Shown here piece by piece: positions 39,667 through 46,730 of a stretch of DNA of 64,000 nt. This stretch comes from Paenibacillus sp. GTDB taxonomy: Bacteria; Bacillota; Bacilli; Paenibacillales; NBRC-103111. The stretch lies in NCBI GenBank assembly GCA_031180825.1, contig JAPSLM010000006.1, forward strand, positions 171,516 to 235,515. The letters are read 5' to 3'. A program made the translations under genes and the position numbers. Within the stretch, counting starts at the first letter, position 1; each line of letters opens with the position of its first letter. Below the pieces are notes generated by a model that had not been told where the DNA came from, searched no databases, and saw only the letters and a program-made list of their open reading frames with translations.

Positions 39667-41763
39667 TTAGATCGTATTCAAAACTAAATCCTTATGAATG
39701 GCAATAGCTTTTACAACACCCTTCTCCAGCTCAAAGACAATTTGATAGGCACCGTCGGTTGAATTTTGAACCAAGCCAGTAAAACCATTTGCGTTGAAAT
39801 AACTGTCAGGGTAGGCCTTCTTGACCTCCTCTTCTGTACTGCCAATATGAATCCCTCTAGGAGTGCTTCCCTTGAAAGGACTCGTTACCCTGATGTCCCA
39901 AACTGGATCAATGTCAACAAAAAAACCATGCTTTTCATAAATCCATTCAGAGGCGCCATTCCCGTGTACAATCGTTTTCTTACTGGGCTTACCATAACGT
40001 TCACTGATGCTCTCACTTGAATCGCCCATCTTGATATCGCCAATTGCCATATCAGCATAGCTAAGCGGTTTCTTATCAAACGGTCCTGGATTAACGCCTT
40101 GGTTAGTAAGCTCGATTTTCTGTATGTTACCTGATTGAAGCTCAAATCTTAAGGTGGGGTAGTAATTGTTAGAAGATTCGAGACCTTTTTTTTCACCATT
40201 TATCCATACCGTTCTTTTTCCGTCGCTCTCTGATGTCCCGTTGATATGGTTATAAACATTCTTAATATGCCGAAGCGTGTCCCCTACCCCAATCCCTTGA
40301 TCCGTCTTCAAGTTAGAACCTCCGGTAATAAGTACGCGGCTAACTCCACGCGAAGGAAAGTCGGGTGAATCTTTATAGAAATACAAGGTTGCTCCATGCT
40401 TTGAATAATGCCAGACATCTTCCCCTGTATTCGAGTCCGATTCGACCTTATTAGGTATTCCTAAATATCCAAAAACAGCTTGCTTCGTATCCCCTAGATG
40501 TACATTGCCGATTGTAGCTTTTTCTATGGTTAATGAACCGGGAACTTCGCGTTCACCATTATCCACCAAATGTATTTGAGTATCATCCGATTGTTTCTGC
40601 ACAGGTGACGATTTTGAAGGTTTCGCTTCGTGCGAATTATTTTTCTCCTTTAAAGAATCTGCGTTCGTTAGTACACAGCCGCTCAAGAGAACTACCAGTA
40701 AAATCCCAGAAAGAGACCAACGATAATTTTTCCGGTTAAAATCTTTGATCATTAATATTCTTCTTTTTAAATGAGCTTTGGTAGAAGAAAAATGTGCAAT
40801 ACTTGTTGATCGATATACCGGGGAGTACGTCTCCATTAATCTCAAAATCGTATGGCCGTATTCTACAACTTTTGATTGATGCACATGAGTTAAAGCTAAG
40901 CCGTCACAAGCCAGCTCCTGATCCTCCCGCATACGGTAATAAGCGTACCATAAAACAGGGTTAAACCAATGGATGATTAAAAAGCAGAAGAACACAGTAT
41001 TAAATAAAATATCTTTTCTTCGGTAGTGGGCTAATTCATGAAGGAATACATACTCAAGCTCACCATGCTGTAAAGTTTCTAAAGTTCTTTTTGGAAGAAG
41101 CAATTTTGCTCTGATCAAACCATATAATGTTGGACCTGTCACTGCATCTGTAGCAATAAGAGGAATATCCGATTTAACACCGATAACCAACTTGCACCGG
41201 TCTAAAATTTCCAGAAGCGATGGTTCGGATATTTTCGAGCCGCCGACTTTTCGCCTAAATAATCTGTTCATTTTAATGATATAGAAAAATAAAAAGGTTA
41301 TACCTATAATCCAGATAATCGCGGCATAATTCCAGATCGATGGACTCCATGTACTGCTTCCTATCGTAGCAGGTATTTGTACGGCTTCGTGGGGAATTTG
41401 AGTACTCTGCATCTGACTGCGGAATGGCTCAGTCGCTTCTTTAGTTACACCAAGGTTCATGTGGATTGAATTATGTTGTAGAACAACGGAGGACGGTTCA
41501 TAATTACTTGGTAACGAAATAAACGTTGGGTCGAGAGAAAGCAGATTAAAGATGCTAAACGAACTTTCAGGGCCAAAAGGTAATATAAGTCTTAAAAGTA
41601 GTAAAATCCATAAAAAATAATGAACATTGAGGCTTAAATGTTTTTTGAAAACCCATTTGATAAGAAGAATAAATATGACTAACAAACTTGCCATAATTGA
41701 AATGGTTATTATCCATTGAAACACTGTCGTCAGCCGTGTCACGCTTGTTTCAAACACATTCAT
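39667..41763 (-). CDS. M56 (BlaR1/MecR1 N-terminal) metallopeptidase with non-PBP extracellular repeat domain
   Basis: HELAH.RR.D, HWFNP..W, DQELACD, LKRRI.MI; then TM/lipobox-like LLSGC and repeated GI.(L/M/I)G......YG.P units. Confidence 0.9.
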   Translation of the reverse strand: MNVFETSVTRLTTVFQWIITISIMASLLVIFILLIKWVFKKHLSLNVHYFLWILLLLRLILPFGPESSFSIFNLLSLDPTFISLPSNYEPSSVVLQHNSIHMNLGVTKEATEPFRSQMQSTQIPHEAVQIPATIGSSTWSPSIWNYAAIIWIIGITFLFFYIIKMNRLFRRKVGGSKISEPSLLEILDRCKLVIGVKSDIPLIATDAVTGPTLYGLIRAKLLLPKRTLETLQHGELEYVFLHELAHYRRKDILFNTVFFCFLIIHWFNPVLWYAYYRMREDQELACDGLALTHVHQSKVVEYGHTILRLMETYSPVYRSTSIAHFSSTKAHLKRRILMIKDFNRKNYRWSLSGILLVVLLSGCVLTNADSLKEKNNSHEAKPSKSSPVQKQSDDTQIHLVDNGEREVPGSLTIEKATIGNVHLGDTKQAVFGYLGIPNKVESDSNTGEDVWHYSKHGATLYFYKDSPDFPSRGVSRVLITGGSNLKTDQGIGVGDTLRHIKNVYNHINGTSESDGKRTVWINGEKKGLESSNNYYPTLRFELQSGNIQKIELTNQGVNPGPFDKKPLSYADMAIGDIKMGDSSESISERYGKPSKKTIVHGNGASEWIYEKHGFFVDIDPVWDIRVTSPFKGSTPRGIHIGSTEEEVKKAYPDSYFNANGFTGLVQNSTDGAYQIVFELEKGVVKAIAIHKDLVLNTI

Positions 41764-41818
41764 CCTTTCCTTTCCTTTGATTATAAGCTATAAGCAATAT
41801 GAACCACATTATTCATCG

Positions 41819-42196
41819 TTATTGCACTTTCTCGTCGAGAATGCTCCGTAGTTCTTTAATATCTTCAGGAGATAACGACTGTTCCTGTAAAAACTGAACA
41901 ATCATTGGCTTCAAAGCCCCTCCATATATTCGCGTGATGAACGATTGAGCTTCAGCACGGCGACATTCGTCCTCCTCAAAAAGTGGGTAAAATGTGTAAA
42001 CTTTTCCTTCTTGGTTAAACCCTACGGCCTTTTTTTGAACCAGCCGATTTAATAAAGTTCGAATAGTTTTGGGTTTCCAATCCGTTTTAGGCTGCAAAGC
42101 TTCTATAACCTCATTGGCTGTGGAAGGTGAATTATCCCAAAGCACATTCATTACTTCCCATTCGGCGTCGGAAATTTTTGGAATTTTCTTTGACAT
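41819..42196 (-). CDS. BlaI/MecI/CopY family repressor
   Basis: ISDAEWEVM.VLW, W.PKTIRTLL.RLV.K; start ATG 42196 after GAGGAGG. Confidence 0.94.
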   Translation of the reverse strand: MSKKIPKISDAEWEVMNVLWDNSPSTANEVIEALQPKTDWKPKTIRTLLNRLVQKKAVGFNQEGKVYTFYPLFEEDECRRAEAQSFITRIYGGALKPMIVQFLQEQSLSPEDIKELRSILDEKVQ

Positions 42197-42217
42197 TAAG
42201 CTCCTCCTCAAAAAATG

Positions 42218-42269
42218 GATCACAAACGTAATCTGATTACAGATTACATACGTAATCAAGTTTTGTCAA
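42218..42269 (-). promoter_or_regulatory. blaI-like promoter with two palindromic operators
   Basis: TTGACA-17-TAATCT on minus strand; GATCACAAACGTAATC (42218-33) and GATTACATACGTAATC (42242-57). Confidence 0.78.
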
Positions 42270-42331
42270 CCATAAATTGGAGATTGCGAACAAAATAAAA
42301 ATTTTGATTATCAAGTTATCTCAGCAAGCAC

Positions 42332-42379
42332 TTTAATCAGGAACATTTGTTCGGTATAATAATAGCGAACAAATGTTTG
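42332..42379 (+). promoter_or_regulatory. Promoter flanked by two LexA/DinR SOS boxes
   Basis: GAACATTTGTTC (42341-52), TATAAT (42355-60), CGAACAAATGTTTG (42366-79). Confidence 0.75.
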
Positions 42380-42426
42380 ATGATGGTTTGTGTGGCACAG
42401 CAAAAAATCATGACGCTTAAGAAAAA

Positions 42427-42870
42427 GCAGCGGGGACGATCATGCACAAATCGCCCAGTGCCGCTGCTGACCTGGTTTTTGGGCGATCTTTCTGGTTGCC
42501 TACGACAAACGTGGCGTATCCGCAACCTACGTCGCCCACGAACTCGAATTAACCTATCCGACGGCTTGGCTGCTCCGACGCTTTCTTTGGAGCGCCGATG
42601 GAAGGCGGCAAGCGTGGTCGCGGAACCGATCAGACACCTGTGCTTGCAGGGCGCACCCCAATTCGTCAAAATGCAAGTGATTCCGAACGTGAAAGGAAAA
42701 CGCTCATCGATTTTGCGCAGCGCAGCATTGAGCCGGGCGCTACGATCAGCAGCGACACTTATCGTTCCTATAACGCACTGGCCAAAGATTACGATCATCA
42801 GCCGCTTCAGTTCAACGTCAAAGAAGATCCCGATCATCTCAAGTGGCTTCATACGATGATTTCTAATCGT
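42427..42870 (+). mobile_element. IS1595-family transposase remnant
   Basis: Frameshifted fragments AGTIMHK, PLLTWF, DKRGVSA, GGKRGRGT, IEPGATISSD.YRSY..L, LKWLHTMISN. Confidence 0.82.
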
Positions 42871-43006
42871 CTTTTAGTCGCCTGCGTATCTACGAAATCC
42901 ACAACGTAGCATAATCTTACAAATTGTTCACCTGCGGGTTAAAATTGATATTCAAAAATAAAAAAGCTTAAAAGGAACTATCGTCACTTAAAATATTTTA
43001 ACTTTA

Positions 43007-43090
43007 TTAGATGATTTTTAAATTTTTGCTATAAAAAGTATAACTTTTCCATGCAACTATCGTATATATACTACAACCTGCTGTTTCCAT
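43007..43090 (-). CDS. Possible 27 aa peptide or gene stump (METAGCSIYTIVAWKSYTFYSKNLKII)
   Basis: Strong AAAGGAGG RBS, divergent from the sigma operon; too short for ORF track. Confidence 0.35.
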   Translation of the reverse strand: METAGCSIYTIVAWKSYTFYSKNLKII

Positions 43091-43131
43091 TTCTAATATC
43101 CCCCTCCTTTAAAACATTTTTTTCCTAATTA

Positions 43132-43165
43132 GGTTGTTTTTTGTTCAACTCGGAACATTGTTATA
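43132..43165 (+). promoter_or_regulatory. Putative alternative-sigma promoter, copy 2
   Basis: GGTTGTTTTT-N17-TGTTATA, bracketed by inverted repeat TTCCTAATTA / TAATTAGGAA. Confidence 0.6.
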
Positions 43166-43198
43166 ATTAGGAATTTTTCTAGAAAGGAGGACTGGACT

Positions 43199-43816
43199 AT
43201 GCTTTCAGTCGGCTCATTTGAAATCAATGCAAAAGCGGAATCAAAAAGTATACCTACCCCCTTTACGCACTCCACTGATTATATTGTCAGGCGCTTCTTT
43301 TCATACCCTGATAACCATTTTCTTCTCTTTTCTTACGTAGAATGTCCATCACTAAAGACATGGGAACCCTTAGAAGAAGCGTTCAATATGTTTCATTTTG
43401 AAATCCGCTTTACTAAATATTTAAGCTCGACAATAAAGTATGCTTTCATTGATTTTCATAGAAAGAAGCTAAAGAGGGATGAGCGGAACGTTTTTATTTT
43501 TGATATGGAACTATCTGAAGAAACTGCTCGTACATTCGGAGAAAGTTACTTGGACAATGCTAAGGAAGAGAGCAAAATAAGTTCAGATCCCTCCGTGTTA
43601 CTCGATTCAATAAGCAATGAAGGTGTCTACAAAGCTTTCTCCAAACTTACACAAAAGCAGAAAATAATACTCACACTTACCTACTCTATGTGTTTTCTAG
43701 ATAGAGAAATTGCTGTTATGTTATCAATTTCTCCACAAGCCGTATCTAAAGTTAGAAACTCAGCAATAGTTACTCTCAAAAAAAGATTGACAAAGGAGGT
43801 ATTTTGCAATGAATAA
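43199..43816 (+). CDS. SigO/YvrI-like sigma-70 subunit (region 4-containing)
   Basis: YLS.TI....IDF.RK and C-terminal LT.KQK.IL....L.DREIA..L.IS.QAVSK....AI..LK; followed by yvrJ- and rsoA-like genes. Confidence 0.85.
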   Translation: MLSVGSFEINAKAESKSIPTPFTHSTDYIVRRFFSYPDNHFLLFSYVECPSLKTWEPLEEAFNMFHFEIRFTKYLSSTIKYAFIDFHRKKLKRDERNVFIFDMELSEETARTFGESYLDNAKEESKISSDPSVLLDSISNEGVYKAFSKLTQKQKIILTLTYSMCFLDREIAVMLSISPQAVSKVRNSAIVTLKKRLTKEVFCNE

Positions 43817-43979
43817 TCCTGATTGGTCCACGTTTTTAATCAATGCTATCAGTAACTTTGGCTTCCCTATCGTTATTACCGGGTATCTACTTCTTAGATT
43901 TGAGAAGAAAATTGAAAACCTAAACAATTCTATCCAAAATTTGGCACAGGTTATCAGAGATGGGAGGAAAGAAAAATGA
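43809..43979 (+). CDS. yvrJ: YvrJ family small membrane protein (56 aa)
   Basis: Manual translation MNNPDWSTFLINAISNFGFPIVITGYLLLRFEKKIENL...; GFPI...YLL.R.E.K signature; AAGGAGG RBS. Confidence 0.88.
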   Translation: MNNPDWSTFLINAISNFGFPIVITGYLLLRFEKKIENLNNSIQNLAQVIRDGRKEK

Positions 43980-44269
43980 AAGACTCGGAATGTTCTCTTT
44001 TTAAGTTAGCTAAGAAAGCACAAGGCGGTGATCAATCTGCTTTATGGACAGTAATCAAGAGATTTTATCCCGCGATTAAAAAACTGCGAAGGAAAACAAA
44101 TATTCAAGATCAAGATGATCTAGAACAAGAAATTGTTGAGAAAATGATTCGAGCGATTCTAACCTTCGATCTGAATACACCGGTAGATCAGACATATCTT
44201 AGGAAAAGTATTCAATATTTTTGGAACGAAGATTCAAAATCAAACTATACTCTTAACCATAATAAATAA
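43976..44269 (+). CDS. RsoA/YvrHa-like co-sigma subunit (sigma N-terminal-like)
   Basis: L..KAQ.GD..AL..VI.RF.P.IKK....DDLEQE.....I.AI..F; ATGA overlap with yvrJ. Confidence 0.8.
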   Translation: MKDSECSLFKLAKKAQGGDQSALWTVIKRFYPAIKKLRRKTNIQDQDDLEQEIVEKMIRAILTFDLNTPVDQTYLRKSIQYFWNEDSKSNYTLNHNK

Positions 44270-44291
44270 GTGTCTTGGGGAGGCCAATTCG

Positions 44292-44717
44292 ATGCACAAT
44301 AACTTAAATGAATTTAGAAAGGGCCAACTATACCCATTAAATCTACTCGGACTTACTGTTGAAGCTCAACAGTACCGCATTGTTTGTGCAGTATCATTAA
44401 ATTGTGGTCATTGTCTGCAACTGCTTCCACAATTCAAGCTATTAGGAAGTAACTTCAATTTTCAATTCGTTCTTGTTACGGATGGAACGGAGGAAGAAAA
44501 CAAGATAATCAAGGAACAATTAGGTTTCAATTTTCACATGGTCTCCTTTGCGCATCATAATTTTTCGGATCTAGGAATAAGCCTTACCCCTCAGGCATAT
44601 CTTATTGACCTTCAAGGAAATGTAGTTCATAACAAAGAAATCAGACAAATAGATGATTTTGAAATCTTTGGGCTAAAGGGAAGTGAGATTATTGACGACG
44701 CTGGTTCTAGTTCTTGA
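44292..44717 (+). CDS. Thioredoxin-like (TlpA/MauD-like) protein
   Basis: CGHC active site, TP cis-Pro motif, YLID..G; no signal peptide. Confidence 0.8.
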   Translation: MHNNLNEFRKGQLYPLNLLGLTVEAQQYRIVCAVSLNCGHCLQLLPQFKLLGSNFNFQFVLVTDGTEEENKIIKEQLGFNFHMVSFAHHNFSDLGISLTPQAYLIDLQGNVVHNKEIRQIDDFEIFGLKGSEIIDDAGSSS

Positions 44718-45213
44718 TATTTTTATAGCGAGTGTTTTCTTTTTTTCTTTTTATTCAAAAGTATCTCAGTTTACAGGATTTAAAACAGAAATATTTTCCT
44801 ATAAAATTATACCTGTTTATTTTGTCGGTTTGACAGCAATGATGGTTTTGTTTTTAGAACTCTATATTTTCTTGGCATACACATTCAGTTATCCTTCCAA
44901 AACCAAGGAGCTAATTGTCCTTATAACCCTATCCTTATTCAGCATTTTAATGTGGTTTAAAAATAAAAAAAACAATTTAATTATATGTGGATGTTTTGGA
45001 AAAGTAAGAATGCTAAATAAATTCCCCTTTCGTCGTAACTTCTTTCTGTTAGGGGTGGTAACCATAAAATGCTTCCTGCCTGATATTTACTTCGATTTCA
45101 GTTGTCATATTGAAATCGGGATTAGTATCGTCATTCTGATTATCTTATATGATATTTCCATATTCTTAGGGAAGAGAAAGAGGGAAATTAAATGGGGACA
45201 ATTGGAGTTGTAA
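44683..45213 (+). CDS. MauE/DoxX-family redox-associated membrane protein
   Basis: F..S..SK, Y.I.P, LE, CGCFG, RN motifs; five TM; start may be TTG 44692. Confidence 0.85.
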   Translation: MRLLTTLVLVLDIFIASVFFFSFYSKVSQFTGFKTEIFSYKIIPVYFVGLTAMMVLFLELYIFLAYTFSYPSKTKELIVLITLSLFSILMWFKNKKNNLIICGCFGKVRMLNKFPFRRNFFLLGVVTIKCFLPDIYFDFSCHIEIGISIVILIILYDISIFLGKRKREIKWGQLEL

Positions 45214-45665
45214 CCTATTTGGTAGTTGTTTTCCTCATACTCTGCTACATTAAAGTGTGTATAGAAAAAACAAAGCATTTAGCATATCGTACACTTTTAA
45301 AAGGTATTTTCGATTATGATGAATTTATGTGGGCTGACGAAGAAGTGCCGTTTATCATTATTTTTCTGAACTATGATTCTTCCTACTACGGAGACATTGA
45401 TGCGTTAATTTCAAATGGGGGAGGAAAATTTATAATCGTCTTGCAAGCGCCGGAATGGCTATTCAATCTTAAAAGCCAAATATGGAGCCAGCATACATTG
45501 ATTGATGCAAAAAAACTAGGCCAATCTCTAAACCTCGAGGGGATTTTTAGTCGTTCAAAAAGAGGAAAAATTCGATATTTTAGTAAACCGTACGAGTTTC
45601 TAGAATACCATAACTCCAAATTGAATTTCCTTTCAAAGCTGGATAAGTTTTTTTCAAAAAAATGA
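45192..45665 (+). CDS. Hypothetical membrane-anchored protein
   Basis: N-terminal TM helix; overlaps the mauE-like stop; AGAGGG RBS. Confidence 0.65.
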   Translation: MGTIGVVTYLVVVFLILCYIKVCIEKTKHLAYRTLLKGIFDYDEFMWADEEVPFIIIFLNYDSSYYGDIDALISNGGGKFIIVLQAPEWLFNLKSQIWSQHTLIDAKKLGQSLNLEGIFSRSKRGKIRYFSKPYEFLEYHNSKLNFLSKLDKFFSKK

Positions 45666-45784
45666 CGCTACCCATGATAGATATTTATCGGTTGCGGGAT
45701 TTAGCTGTAAGGGTTGGTTTCCCTTGTTCATCACCTTCAGACCCAATTTTTATATTAAAAAGGGGCGGTTGCCCGCCCCTCACC

Positions 45785-46117
45785 TCAATGCGCTACCGCA
45801 TTGTACGTCATAATCCAGATCGAGCCTGCGACGATCGTCAGCAGAATGATCATGCCGAGCAGCAGCGCCATCATGTTCCAGCGGGCATTCTCGCCTTCGC
45901 GCAGGTGCATGAAGAAGACGAGCTGCACGACGAACTGAAGAACGGCCATCGCAAGAATCACGATCAGCGTCGCCGTCTTGCTCAGCATGCTGTTCAATAC
46001 GATCGTAATCGGAATGATCGTCAAGATGATCGAAAGCACGAACCCGATCGTATAAGACTTCAGCGAGCCATGGGAGCCGTGCTGCTCATGCGAAGAAGCT
46101 CCATGCGAATTCCCCAT
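45785..46117 (-). CDS. cyoD: Quinol oxidase subunit IV
   Basis: SY.IGFVLSIILT.IP, Q..VQL.FFMHL, GSIWIM. Confidence 0.93.
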   Translation of the reverse strand: MGNSHGASSHEQHGSHGSLKSYTIGFVLSIILTIIPITIVLNSMLSKTATLIVILAMAVLQFVVQLVFFMHLREGENARWNMMALLLGMIILLTIVAGSIWIMTYNAVAH

Positions 46118-46118
46118 C

Positions 46119-46730
46119 TTACATCACCCCCATCAAGTAGACGACCGTGAGGACGAAAATCCAGACGACGTCAAGAAAGTGCCAGTACAAGCTGAGATTT
46201 TCCACTTTGCGCTTGGTTACGGGATTTATGCCGCGTTTGCGGAGCTGAAGCATGAGCCCGATCATCCATACCAAGCCGAGCGAAACGTGCAAGCCGTGCG
46301 TCCCTACCAAAGTAAAGAACGCGGATAGAAAAGCGCTGGTGGAAATCGTCGCGCCTTCGTGCACCATATGCACGAACTCCGTCACTTCCAGCGCGATGAA
46401 CGCCGCGCCGAGCAGCGCCGTGACCGCAAGCCAGCCGAGCAGCTGCTGCTTGTTGCCGCGATGCATCGCAAGCACCGCAATCCCGCTCGTAAAGCTGCTT
46501 GTCAGCAGGATGAACGTTTCGGCAATAATGCCGGGCATTTGAAACAATTCCTCGGGCGTCGGTCCTGCATTCGTATTGCCGCGAAGAACGATATAGGTAG
46601 CAAACAACGTGCCGAATAAAATAACGTCCGTAATCAGGAAGAGCCAAAAGCCGAACGTCTTCAACGACTCTTGATCGTGATGACCGTGGTCGTGAGCGTC
46701 GTGTCCGTGATTTGCCGCTGTGTGTGCCAT
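46119..46730 (-). CDS. cyoC: Quinol oxidase subunit III
   Basis: FGFWLFL.TD, LVGTHGLHV, YWHFLDVVW. Confidence 0.95.
   Translation of the reverse strand: MAHTAANHGHDAHDHGHHDQESLKTFGFWLFLITDVILFGTLFATYIVLRGNTNAGPTPEELFQMPGIIAETFILLTSSFTSGIAVLAMHRGNKQQLLGWLAVTALLGAAFIALEVTEFVHMVHEGATISTSAFLSAFFTLVGTHGLHVSLGLVWMIGLMLQLRKRGINPVTKRKVENLSLYWHFLDVVWIFVLTVVYLMGVM

Larger units (their letters stand above)
38702..45700. mobile_element. AT-rich genomic island (no integrase seen)
   Basis: Abrupt visible drop in GC versus flanks; IS remnant inside; truncated toxin at the left edge; boundaries approximate. Confidence 0.75.

Noticed and set aside
39667-42196. Beta-lactam resistance (blaR1/blaI/blaZ) locus
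   Set aside because: No penicillin-binding sensor domain recognised and no adjacent beta-lactamase or PBP gene.
44292-45213. Methylamine utilisation pathway
   Set aside because: No mauA/mauB-like dehydrogenase genes; only the redox maturation-like pair is present.
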